The notes: generated by a model not told the origin, from the sequence alone. Shown: positions 17,591 to 26,087, counted from the first letter of the stretch. The stretch: 34,387 nucleotides of DNA from a virus (IMGVR_UViG_3300045988_107065); one strand, 5' to 3'. A program made the numbers and translations.

Positions 17591-19266
17591 TGTGATTGCC
17601 CACCCTGACCACTAACTGCATTCGCCATAGCTGACAAAACACTCGGCTCCGAAGTTTTAGCTTCGCTTAGCGTCTTGGCACCCTGTGCCGCCGCCATCCC
17701 CATCGCCATCATTTGTTGCTGCTGTTGTTGCTGTGCCCGTTGCTGGCGAGCCTGCTCAACCTGTTCCTGCGGAACAATGACGGTTGGAGACACTCCGGAC
17801 ATATCAGCGAATGCATCGATCGCCTGATCAACGTTGAGTTTGTCGAGAGCTTCTGGTTTCGCTTGCGCAAGTTGACCAATGAAGTTAACCGTGGACGCCA
17901 GACTGGACAGGCCGATAGACTTCTGCGCCTGAGCCATGACGGAAATGTATTCGACCTTCAGGGGCATACCTTCCATCGCGTCAGGCGGTGGCGGCAGCAT
18001 GTTTTTACGCACCATCATCGAGAAAGCGCGGTCAATGAGAGGGTTAAGACATTCGTCGTTCAGACGCTCCAGAACCGGCCCCAACATCAGAAGCTTTTCT
18101 TCTTTCATTTCGATCACTGCTTCAACAGGCATCGAGCGGGTATTGATGTTCTGCAACATCATGAACAGATCGACAAAGTAGGCGCTGTTAATGATTTGGC
18201 GGGTGTCCTGAATGTCTGCTACCAGATCTGCTGTACTGGGGTTAACCAGATAAGCAGGCCTGAAACCATCCTGACCAGTAATCTGATCGATATACGTGAT
18301 GTCGCCAGGAAGAAGAGAGGCGCGCTGATTCTTGAGGGAAGTCGGAGCAACCATCGGCGGATTGGTGGCTTTATCAATCAACTGCGACTTGCGCTTCTGG
18401 AGAAGCTGCAATGCCTTAACAGGTCCAAGCGCCAGCATACCCGGGCATGATGATCCATAAACATCTTCGCCGTTAACTTCCCAGCGCGGAGCCATAATTG
18501 GAAACTCATCGAATCCGGACTCACGCAACAACTTGTCGTTATCGCCGCCAACCTCGTAATAAACCGATTTGAATGGCTTGTTCTTGCTATCCAGCTTCGA
18601 TGTATCGCGGTCAATGTTCGGGTAAACCGAATGCATAACTTCAATCCACTTCTCGTAGGTTCCGCTTTCCCACATGCTTTTTACGGATTCGCTGACGTTA
18701 TTTAGCCCGAACTCCTGAACAAGCTGACGAACAGTCATAGAGAACTTGCGAAAACAGGTGTCCACACTGCCACGAGGTGAGTTAGCCAGGTAGTAACTGC
18801 CTATCGGGAATGGCATTGTGCGAATGATGTCCTCGTCATCCTCCAGCACTGCCATTGCACCAGTGCTGTATGTGCCGAGGCTTCCGTATAACTGCGGCAG
18901 CGACTGATAGAGATTCGACTTATTGAACATATCGTTCATGCGGTTCTGCACCGCCTCAAGCCACAACTTAACAGGGCCATAATCCATCATTTCAGGATCT
19001 GGCGTAGCCAGGCGAAACCACGGACGCGCGGGGCTTGTGATGCCTGACATCATGCCGCTGGCGAGAGTGCGCGCCGCCATAGTCCCGGTCGAATCAATAA
19101 TGCGTGTATTGCGTCGATCGTTACGGTTGACCTCAGAAGTCAGAAAGCGGGAACCACGCGGGTTGATGTAATCACTCAACTCGCGCCAGTGCGGCTCGAA
19201 CGACTGACGCTCGCTTTCAAGTTGTGCGAACTGTTTGTTCAATCGCTCTTTAGTTGTTTCCGCCAT
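17587..19266 (-). CDS. Portal (head-to-tail connector) protein, podovirus type
   Basis: 559 aa; N-terminus and Gln/Ala/Met-rich C-terminal tail resemble T7 gp8-family connectors; downstream of terminase. Confidence 0.75.
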   Translation of the reverse strand: MAETTKERLNKQFAQLESERQSFEPHWRELSDYINPRGSRFLTSEVNRNDRRNTRIIDSTGTMAARTLASGMMSGITSPARPWFRLATPDPEMMDYGPVKLWLEAVQNRMNDMFNKSNLYQSLPQLYGSLGTYSTGAMAVLEDDEDIIRTMPFPIGSYYLANSPRGSVDTCFRKFSMTVRQLVQEFGLNNVSESVKSMWESGTYEKWIEVMHSVYPNIDRDTSKLDSKNKPFKSVYYEVGGDNDKLLRESGFDEFPIMAPRWEVNGEDVYGSSCPGMLALGPVKALQLLQKRKSQLIDKATNPPMVAPTSLKNQRASLLPGDITYIDQITGQDGFRPAYLVNPSTADLVADIQDTRQIINSAYFVDLFMMLQNINTRSMPVEAVIEMKEEKLLMLGPVLERLNDECLNPLIDRAFSMMVRKNMLPPPPDAMEGMPLKVEYISVMAQAQKSIGLSSLASTVNFIGQLAQAKPEALDKLNVDQAIDAFADMSGVSPTVIVPQEQVEQARQQRAQQQQQQQMMAMGMAAAQGAKTLSEAKTSEPSVLSAMANAVSGQGGQSQ

Positions 19267-19280
19267 TTCAATGACTCCGG

Positions 19281-19487
19281 TTACTGACCAAGCAGCGTTT
19301 TACCGCTGGTATTAGCGGTTGATGTGTCACCCTGAGAACCGGTAAGCAGCGTAGAACTACGACCAGCAGCAGCGCGACGGCGACGAGTTTCTTCGTCGCG
19401 GGCATCAACAACGGCGGCATCCTGCTCCTGTGGTGCTGCCTGAACTTCTGGTGTTGCAGGCACTGACGGTGAGCTACCCATGCACAT
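19281..19487 (-). CDS. Small hypothetical protein (68 aa), Ala/Arg-rich
   Basis: ATG with GGAG 8 nt upstream, immediately upstream of portal. Confidence 0.35.
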   Translation of the reverse strand: MCMGSSPSVPATPEVQAAPQEQDAAVVDARDEETRRRRAAAGRSSTLLTGSQGDTSTANTSGKTLLGQ

Positions 19488-19577
19488 ATCAATGACTCCG
19501 TACGCAATTAAATTATTACCAATTTAACCACATATGATTTATTTATCGTAGACAGTTGACATTTAACGCACGAATTA

Positions 19578-19592
19578 TTACCTTTCAGGTAA
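19578..19592. promoter_or_regulatory. TTACC-N5-GGTAA palindrome (site 4) just downstream of a TTGACA hexamer (19556-19561)
   Basis: attaccTTTCAggtaag. Confidence 0.45.
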
Positions 19593-19914
19593 GCAAATGG
19601 TTCATTCCGGTTATTAACCTGACTGGCTTGTCGTTAAATTGAACAGGTGGAGTGAGCTTTTATTTTGAGCAGTACGGCGTATGGCACATGCGCCGATAGC
19701 GGTCTGGATACGTTTAAGGGGCACCCTCCCTTGCTCGGGCAAACGAACCAGGTAGCCGGAATGTGCAAGTCGAGCGGTTTTATTCCGCGCACGGGGATTC
19801 ACCATCCCGGCGATTCGGTGTGACGCCTCGGAAGAGACGAGGGTACAACGATGAGAGCATTTATGGAGCCGCGACAAAGTGTGGCGCCTTAACAGGCTAA
19901 GTGCTCTCAGCGTT

Positions 19915-19991
19915 GTGGCATTAGCTCAGTTGGACAGAGCAACCGCCTTCTAAGCGGTTGGTCGCAGGTTCGAATCCTGCATGCCACGCCA
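19915..19991 (+). tRNA. tRNA-Arg (anticodon UCU)
   Basis: Cloverleaf folded by hand: acceptor GTGGCAT/ATGCCAC, D-arm GCTC/GAGC, anticodon stem ACCGC/GCGGT with loop CTTCTAA, T-arm GCAGG-TTCGAAT-CCTGC, discriminator G and encoded CCA; 77 nt. Confidence 0.9.
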
Positions 19992-20034
19992 GAATCACGC
20001 CTAAGGACCGTGATGCCAGAAGTTCCAGGGGCTT

Positions 20035-20077
20035 GGCGGTGATGGTTTCCCTTGAAGGACTATCACCGCCCTTTTTA
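20035..20077 (+). terminator. Rho-independent terminator downstream of the tRNA
   Basis: 9 bp stem ggcggtgat/atcaccgcc followed by CTTTTT. Confidence 0.6.
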
Positions 20078-20154
20078 CAGCAGGACGCCATTGCGATGAC
20101 TTCATGCTGTAAACCAGTACAGCCACGGAAGGCATAACTCATTGCTTCCAGTTC

Positions 20155-20178
20155 GCCCGGTTCGCCGGGCATTTTTTT
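20155..20178 (+). terminator. Second rho-independent terminator
   Basis: gcccgg-ttcg-ccgggc followed by ATTTTTTT. Confidence 0.65.
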
Positions 20179-20189
20179 AAGGTGAGATT

Positions 20190-20546
20190 ATGAACGACCA
20201 GCAAATCGAAAAAGAAATCGTTGAGAAAGGCAAAACCGCTCCGCGAGTTACGCCTCAATATATCGAAAGCATCATTCTTGAAGAGCATTTCTTTACTGCT
20301 TATGACGGCATTCGTGCTGCCAATATGGGCGTTGGCGATTCATGGACAGCGCATAAATCTACAGACCTCCTGACTTTCTGCGTATTGGTACTGAAGAATG
20401 GCTTCACCGTCACCGGAGAGAGTGCCTGTGCAAGTCCGGAAAATTTTGATGCAGAAATTGGTCGGAAGATTGCCCGGCAGAATGCTGTAAACAAAATCTG
20501 GATGCTCGAAGGTTACTTGCTGAAGCAGAAGTTAAGCGAGCAATAA
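20190..20546 (+). CDS. Hypothetical protein (118 aa) adjacent to the phage tRNA
   Basis: ATG with AAGGTGAG RBS; no family recognised. Confidence 0.55.
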   Translation: MNDQQIEKEIVEKGKTAPRVTPQYIESIILEEHFFTAYDGIRAANMGVGDSWTAHKSTDLLTFCVLVLKNGFTVTGESACASPENFDAEIGRKIARQNAVNKIWMLEGYLLKQKLSEQ

Positions 20547-20563
20547 CACCGTGACATGTCACA

Positions 20564-20590
20564 AACAGCCAGCCGATGAGCTGGCTTTGT
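20564..20590 (+). terminator. Hairpin terminator between convergent genes
   Basis: agccagc-cgatga-gctggct followed by TTGTTTT. Confidence 0.5.
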
Positions 20591-20636
20591 TTTATCCTCA
20601 TCAGAGGATATCAACGACATTATCCCCACTAGCGGA

Positions 20637-22112
20637 TTAAGCATAGGGATCGTAATCTGTGATGGCCTTGCCTTGCTGGTTCTGCTGCCCGGGAATTCGC
20701 AGACGCTTTGACACAGGGAAAGCAAACGTCAGCAGTAGCGCATCGCCTTTACCAGGAGAACGCCCAAGCCGCTCCTTGATATCTTCCTTCGGTTCGATAA
20801 CGATTTTACCGTCCACTCGAACTTTATACTCTGCCGCCGACAGGTCGTCCGCTGTTTCCTGGTCATCCAGCATCCCGCCCAGCCTCAGCCATGTCTTGCA
20901 TGAGTTGAACATCTCCCCACGCTTGTTGAGCATCTGCGGGTCAGTAGACGCGCCACCGAACGGAACAAGTTGCCATGTGCGCCCCCAACCATCACCGATT
21001 GACTTCAGACCGGTACCGTAACCGAAGTCGATGAACACCGCGTCAGCCTGATACTGGTCTTCAAAGTCAGCGATACGCTTCGCCATAATCAGATCGTCGG
21101 TGGTCTTGTTACCAGTCCATAGCACCTTACTGTGCAGCCCCTGCCGCAGGTATATCACAGCGTCATCAACGCCGGAGTATGCCGGGTCAACGCCGATTAT
21201 CACCGGAGCATGCGCCACCTGCGCAGCGGTTACCACCCGTTTCATTGCCTCATCAGTAAGACCGGTAGGGATAAACTGCAATTCAGATGCATCAGGGAAT
21301 ATGCCGCGCACACGGATTTTAACGAAGTCGCTATCTTCCCCGTAGTCATCAACCCATTTCTGCAACTGCTGTTTGTTAGTGCCTTCCACCGTCCGGCTGT
21401 CAATCTGCGCAGTTTTCCAGCGGTGTTTATATTTGCGGAAACATTCGCGGAAACGCCCGGTGTTACGTGTAGGGTTTCCGAATGCCACCCAGATAATCTC
21501 AGTGTCTTCGTCCGTCAGCGCACCCTCTGCTACCTCCCACACCAGATCGGCAATGTTGGATGCTTCGTCGAATACCACGATGATGCGTTTGCGCTCGTTG
21601 TGTAGTCCGGCGAATGCCTCAGTGTTGTGCTCAGACCAGGGGATTGCGTCAGCTCGCCACCGCTTGTCGTGCCCAGGGTCATTGCTGTACATCGCGGTAG
21701 CGGTACAGGTAAACCAGTCTTTCGTGATAGCAAGGTTCGACCACTTGATAATTTCCGGCCAGGTCTTCGTTCGTAGCTGGTTGTCGGTGTTGGCGGTCAC
21801 CACGACCTTACAATCCTCGCAAGTGGACATGCCCCAGTTGATCAGCATTGAGATGAATGCGGATTTACCAATACCGTGACCCGAAGCGCGTGCCAGCATA
21901 AGCGGCTGATAGCGCGTCTCTGGATTCTGCAGGTGATCACGTATCTCTCGGAACGCATCAGCCTGCCACTGACGTGGACCGGTGGCATGTGCTAATTCAG
22001 TCCCCTCTTCCCCCCACGGGAACGCATAGAGGGCATAGCCAAGCGGATCGTGAGTGAACCCTGCAATATCCTCGATCAACTGCTCTTCAGGAGATAACGC
22101 TGTATCTGTCAC
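20637..22112 (-). CDS. Terminase large subunit
   Basis: Walker A (ARASGHGIGKS), Walker B (IIVVFDEAS), C-terminal nuclease-like region; 491 aa; 4 nt overlap with upstream small subunit. Confidence 0.9.
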   Translation of the reverse strand: MTDTALSPEEQLIEDIAGFTHDPLGYALYAFPWGEEGTELAHATGPRQWQADAFREIRDHLQNPETRYQPLMLARASGHGIGKSAFISMLINWGMSTCEDCKVVVTANTDNQLRTKTWPEIIKWSNLAITKDWFTCTATAMYSNDPGHDKRWRADAIPWSEHNTEAFAGLHNERKRIIVVFDEASNIADLVWEVAEGALTDEDTEIIWVAFGNPTRNTGRFRECFRKYKHRWKTAQIDSRTVEGTNKQQLQKWVDDYGEDSDFVKIRVRGIFPDASELQFIPTGLTDEAMKRVVTAAQVAHAPVIIGVDPAYSGVDDAVIYLRQGLHSKVLWTGNKTTDDLIMAKRIADFEDQYQADAVFIDFGYGTGLKSIGDGWGRTWQLVPFGGASTDPQMLNKRGEMFNSCKTWLRLGGMLDDQETADDLSAAEYKVRVDGKIVIEPKEDIKERLGRSPGKGDALLLTFAFPVSKRLRIPGQQNQQGKAITDYDPYA

Positions 22113-22705
22113 TGATTACCATCCTGACGTTCTTTGAGTCGCTTCCTGGCTGCCGCTATGCGATCAGCAATTGTCACATTCACATTAACATCCAGGCGTT
22201 CTTTGAATGCGTTGACGTCGACGTGCTTACCAATCAGTTCGAGGTTCTTCACCTTGTCAGGCCATTTAATTTTTTTGAGGATTGTCTCTATCGAATCCTC
22301 GTTCATGTTCATGATGGTCGATGACAGATCAAAGCCACTAAGCGTAGTGCGCCAGATTTTCGGCCACTCACGGATTGGTTTAAGGCTCCCATCGTCGTTG
22401 AGGATATCGATCACGTCCATCTGGTCGATCTCCACCAGGCGCATGAGAACGTAATCAGCACTGACGCGCATTCGTTTGTTGCGCTCCTCCATCAACTCGG
22501 CAATCCGTTTTTGAATGCGTTCATCGCGCATCATGACACTGGCTTTAACTGCCGCTGTATTTGGGGAGAATCCTGCGTTAATCGCTGCCTGAGTCTGGTT
22601 TTCAGGCGTTTTGATGTATGACTGGCAATAAGCCTCCTGCATTGCTGTGAGCGGCTTAAATTGCGTTGATTTGCGTTTATAGGTTTTAGGTTCAGCAGGC
22701 ATCAT
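22109..22705 (-). CDS. Terminase small subunit
   Basis: Conserved small-terminase N-terminal region (AYCQSYIKTP...AAINAGFSPNTAAVKASVMMRDERIQ); probable ATG at 22705 (track ORF extends to a TTG at 22783). Confidence 0.75.
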   Translation of the reverse strand: MMPAEPKTYKRKSTQFKPLTAMQEAYCQSYIKTPENQTQAAINAGFSPNTAAVKASVMMRDERIQKRIAELMEERNKRMRVSADYVLMRLVEIDQMDVIDILNDDGSLKPIREWPKIWRTTLSGFDLSSTIMNMNEDSIETILKKIKWPDKVKNLELIGKHVDVNAFKERLDVNVNVTIADRIAAARKRLKERQDGNQ

Positions 22706-22823
22706 AACCACCGTGGTAATAGTTACCGTTGTGGTAATAGTACCATGCAAAATAAAGCCGCCATAGTTGGCGGCAGTATTCAAAACCCATCAAATTCATC
22801 ATGCATAATCTACTCGTAACATG

Positions 22824-23162
22824 TCACACTATTAATTTCGTTTCATGCCAGCCTTTAGTCACCCAGCATTGCGAGTCACCATTACACGGGCATGAATTAA
22901 CTGGAACTCTCTCGCCGCACTTACCGCAACGTTTTCTGCTGATCGATTTTATACGCCCGTGCACGCGTGCATCATCCTGGCGGATCAATAACGCTATATA
23001 CTCACCAAATTCGTAAGGCGCACGCCCGGGGCGACGCGTGGCACAGTTACGCTCCAGCATTTCAATTTCCTGAGCATCAAGCACAATCTCCAGCTTACGC
23101 ACACCAGATGCAGCTTGTCTGGCTCTCTGAGCGGCTTTGCGCTCTGCTGCTGATTTAGCCAT
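22824..23162 (-). CDS. Cys-rich putative zinc-binding protein (112 aa) immediately upstream of the packaging genes
   Basis: C-terminal CGKCGE...CPC motif; basic N-terminus; ATG at 23162. Confidence 0.4.
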   Translation of the reverse strand: MAKSAAERKAAQRARQAASGVRKLEIVLDAQEIEMLERNCATRRPGRAPYEFGEYIALLIRQDDARVHGRIKSISRKRCGKCGERVPVNSCPCNGDSQCWVTKGWHETKLIV

Positions 23163-23189
23163 CAATATTTACCTTTATCGCGAACATAC

Positions 23190-23411
23190 TTAGCTGTGTG
23201 TTGCCGATGTGCGGAGATTCTCTTCTATCAATTCCACGCATTCTGACCGACGAACAAATAATTCGTCTCCGTTATGAATTACGACATAGCCGTAAGCGGT
23301 TTTACGCATCACATCGAACTCATCCCATACGGAAATACCGCACTCTGCTAACGAGCAATCCAAATAATCTTCCGGATGCTTGTCGGTGTTATTAATGATG
23401 CGAATCCTCAA
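23190..23411 (-). CDS. Hypothetical protein (73 aa)
   Basis: TTG start with AAGGTG 6 nt upstream. Confidence 0.35.
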   Translation of the reverse strand: MRIRIINNTDKHPEDYLDCSLAECGISVWDEFDVMRKTAYGYVVIHNGDELFVRRSECVELIEENLRTSATHS

Positions 23412-23441
23412 ATCTTTTCACCTTTAAGGATAAGTTGCATG

Positions 23442-24104
23442 TTAGCCACGGTTAACCTCCTTCGGCGGTTCTGGTAGCGGCATCCAGTGGGTTACCTCTT
23501 TGAGATACAGGTCTTCGCCATCACCGTCATCCCAAGTGGGATTGCCATCATTAAACCAGTCGCCATATACGCCGACCTGAGTGTTGGGGATGTTTGGCGG
23601 GTAGTTGTTTTTAAAGTCAGCTGCTAACACATAGCATTGTCGCTCTCCCATTTCTGGCATTCGCTCACTACAGCTTATCCAACCATCCGGAGTTACCGGA
23701 GAGTTGCCCGATGGCTCGTTCAACTTGCAAGTTTGGTTTACAGGTTCGGCTTCCAGTTCTGCTATGCGCTTTTTTGCTGTTTCCAGCTCAACACGCAGCT
23801 TCCCTACAGTTAGCGCAATTTCCTCGTTCTCCTGATCGCGGCGTTTTATGTATTGCTGGTTTCTTTCCCGTTCATCCAGCAGTGCCTGCACTACTTCAGG
23901 GTTGAAAGCTGCGATATAACGAGCATTAGCAGCAGCTTTTTTCTGTCCATCAAAGCCGGTCCATTTGATAACGTCTTCACATCGTTTATCACCGGGCGTA
24001 TGCACCGCATACGTACCAGTACCCGTCGAAATAAATGCAACCCATTCTCCTTGTGTTGCCTGTTTTGCTAACTCACGCAGTGCCTGATAATCAATCTTGC
24101 TCAC
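23442..24104 (-). CDS. Ead/Ea22-like coiled-coil protein with C-terminal DUF551-like domain
   Basis: C-terminal THWMPLPEPP motif typical of DUF551; coiled-coil middle; probable GTG start at 24104 preceded by AAGGAGG. Confidence 0.6.
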   Translation of the reverse strand: MSKIDYQALRELAKQATQGEWVAFISTGTGTYAVHTPGDKRCEDVIKWTGFDGQKKAAANARYIAAFNPEVVQALLDERERNQQYIKRRDQENEEIALTVGKLRVELETAKKRIAELEAEPVNQTCKLNEPSGNSPVTPDGWISCSERMPEMGERQCYVLAADFKNNYPPNIPNTQVGVYGDWFNDGNPTWDDGDGEDLYLKEVTHWMPLPEPPKEVNRG

Positions 24105-24396
24105 TGGTTGCCTCCTTTGCTGGGCTTTCGAATGTATCAAACTCAAACAACTTAACTACGTCATCAAACAGGACATAATCGCCATCAGAATCTTCAGTCA
24201 TGTCAGCGCCACAATCCTGACCGAACGAGTCACAACCATCCATATCAAGCTCGTATCGCTTGAGTTTTGCGATATTTGATAAATTCAGCGCCAGTACAGC
24301 AAGGTCATAAACCTCATCAGCGGTATACCCGGCACCATGCCCATACATTTCAATACGGGATATGATTTCTTCTACACGTTGTTTTGTGATCGTCAT
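24091..24396 (-). CDS. Hypothetical acidic protein (101 aa)
   Basis: ATG start; translationally coupled to neighbours. Confidence 0.4.
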   Translation of the reverse strand: MTITKQRVEEIISRIEMYGHGAGYTADEVYDLAVLALNLSNIAKLKRYELDMDGCDSFGQDCGADMTEDSDGDYVLFDDVVKLFEFDTFESPAKEATSEQD

Positions 24397-24950
24397 TTTT
24401 GCTCACCTTCCTGTTCTTCCAGAAAAATACGCATAGCCTCAAGCATCTCTTCGGTGTCATACGGAGACAGCTTGTCACGCAGGATGTGTTCAATGCTGTT
24501 AATGAACTTTCGGATTGCTTTGCGTTCAATTTCAGTCAGGAAAGCATCGGTGGCTGGAATGGGCTTTTGTGGTGATATAGCAATGCGAATTGTCTCAAGG
24601 TCTGGATCTGTTTCCGCTGCTGGAACCTTGATATAACCCATCTGCACCCCATTCATGATGAACCTGCGACGGTCATCACATATCGCCTTAAGCCCCGCAT
24701 TCTCCGCTGCCAGCTCCGAAAACTTCTCGTGTGCCAACTTAACAGCCGAATCAGCCTGCTTAATTGACTCAATCGCTTTCTGCTGGTCTTCGGCCAGCGC
24801 ATTAGCACGCACCAGTTGCACTTCCAGTTGCGTTGCCAAATCGCTGAGCAGCTTTGCCACACTACGCATATCAACGGCACCACATTCAGCTTTCAGTTCC
24901 GAAGCCATCTCATGCCCGGCGGCAACTAACCCTTTGATATTACTTTCCAT
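24393..24950 (-). CDS. Hypothetical coiled-coil protein (185 aa)
   Basis: Heptad-rich sequence; 4 nt overlap with downstream gene. Confidence 0.4.
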   Translation of the reverse strand: MESNIKGLVAAGHEMASELKAECGAVDMRSVAKLLSDLATQLEVQLVRANALAEDQQKAIESIKQADSAVKLAHEKFSELAAENAGLKAICDDRRRFIMNGVQMGYIKVPAAETDPDLETIRIAISPQKPIPATDAFLTEIERKAIRKFINSIEHILRDKLSPYDTEEMLEAMRIFLEEQEGEQK

Positions 24951-25011
24951 CTTTACCCTCGCTTATCCACATAACTTATTGATTACATTGATAACTAAAA
25001 AGATCGTCGAT

Positions 25012-25620
25012 TCATGCCGATCTATTTTTCATCAGTGATTCATAAAACTTTTGCCACTTATGCCGACCGAAATTAGCCTTCGAGTTACAGCTCGAACAAA
25101 GGCAAATAAGGTTCTCCTGACGACAGTCTTGCTTGTCGTAATTGATGTGATGAGTTGTTAGCCTTTTGTCTGTTCCATCACAACCTGGGTTCTGACAAGT
25201 AAAACCATCTCGCTCAATAACCCTCTTGCTCGTTTCTCGGAAATCCCACGGATACGGCAATCTCGATAATCCACCAGACCAGTTTGGATTTCCTTCCCCC
25301 TTCATCAGAGAAGAACGCATTATGTTGGAACACTGTTTCGAGCAGCATTTATGACGCTTCTCATGACTCAAGAAAACGGAGAACGAAGATCCGCATACGC
25401 AGCATATTTTTAATACTCGCTTTAGTTCCCGATTTACCGTCTTGCCTCGCTGTGAAATTCCTACACACTGAAGTGAGCAGAACCTTGAAGATGAGTTGGC
25501 TCGCTTAACCTGATATTGCCTGCCACATACGGAACAAACCTTTTCGATTTTCCCACCCTTCCAATTCGGGTTTTTATCACCGGATACAATCAATCCCGCA
25601 GCATTGGGCTTCTCGCTCAT
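25012..25620 (-). CDS. HNH endonuclease with two N-terminal zinc-ribbon repeats
   Basis: HNH-like core (TTHHINYDK...NLICLCSSCNSKANFGRH); duplicated NPNW(K/S)GG...C-x2-C...C-x3-C units. Confidence 0.75.
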   Translation of the reverse strand: MSEKPNAAGLIVSGDKNPNWKGGKIEKVCSVCGRQYQVKRANSSSRFCSLQCVGISQRGKTVNRELKRVLKICCVCGSSFSVFLSHEKRHKCCSKQCSNIMRSSLMKGEGNPNWSGGLSRLPYPWDFRETSKRVIERDGFTCQNPGCDGTDKRLTTHHINYDKQDCRQENLICLCSSCNSKANFGRHKWQKFYESLMKNRSA

Positions 25621-25970
25621 AGTTCCTCAACCTCCCATCCACCACCGAGCTTTTTAGGTTTTGGATAAGCAACCTGAAAGACAAACGGATAGCTGTCTGC
25701 CGCAACCTTCATCTTGACTCTCGCATCGTCAGTAAAGACTGACTTACTTCCCTTAACGTCCACCATCACCAACTGCCCGTCAGCCAACATCACGGCAAAA
25801 TCTACAGTCAGGAAGCAGTTGTCAGCTAATCGCAGCTTGATACCCTCAAATCGATACCAGGCGATTTCCCCTGCACGTTTACGCAGCTCAAGGTGCTGGC
25901 AATACGCAGATTCTGTTTTGTTCATCTGGCCTGTTTTGAGTCGACCAAGAGCCTGTATCTGTTTTCTCAT
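25617..25970 (-). CDS. Small phage protein (117 aa), possible PD-(D/E)XK-fold nuclease (DUF1064-like)
   Basis: TVDFAV...VDVKG arrangement resembles a D...(D/E)-x-K nuclease core; assignment tentative. Confidence 0.4.
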   Translation of the reverse strand: MRKQIQALGRLKTGQMNKTESAYCQHLELRKRAGEIAWYRFEGIKLRLADNCFLTVDFAVMLADGQLVMVDVKGSKSVFTDDARVKMKVAADSYPFVFQVAYPKPKKLGGGWEVEEL

Positions 25971-25973
25971 GAT

Positions 25974-25988
25974 TTACCTCTGAGGTAA
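25974..25988. promoter_or_regulatory. TTACC-N5-GGTAA palindrome (site 5), overlapping the RBS of the 25617-25970 gene
   Basis: atttaccTCTGAggtaatt. Confidence 0.45.
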
Positions 25989-26035
25989 TTAAAAACCACA
26001 TAAGACACGAAATCAATAGAGTTTAGAATATTTTG

Positions 26036-26050
26036 TTACCCTACAGGTAA
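26036..26050. promoter_or_regulatory. TTACC-N5-GGTAA palindrome (site 6)
   Basis: gttaccCTACAggtaatt. Confidence 0.45.
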
Positions 26051-26087
26051 TTATCAAGGCGTAAAAAAATGCGCTATCGCGCTGGTA

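Noticed and set aside
17713-18450. 245 aa plus-strand ORF (and a nested 81 aa ORF) inside the portal gene
   Set aside because: Fully antisense to a well-supported 559 aa gene; odd composition rich in Leu/Arg/His; no RBS; typical shadow ORF of a GC-rich coding region.
19614-20172. Minus-strand ORFs 19614-19877 and 19921-20172 overlapping the tRNA and its terminators
   Set aside because: They run through a canonical tRNA gene and two intrinsic terminators on the opposite strand; no RBS; implausible.
22716-22745. GGTAA-N3-TTACC repeats (ggtaatagttacc, ggtaatagtacc) as further copies of the palindromic motif
   Set aside because: Half-sites are in the opposite order and spacing, and lie in the unlikely N-terminal extension of the small terminase (repeated TITTVV codons); probably coincidental.
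23172-23176. Isolated TTACC half-sites (for example 23172, 23412-23426 with two mismatches, 24953)
   Set aside because: Single half-sites or more than one mismatch in each arm; too degenerate to call without statistics.
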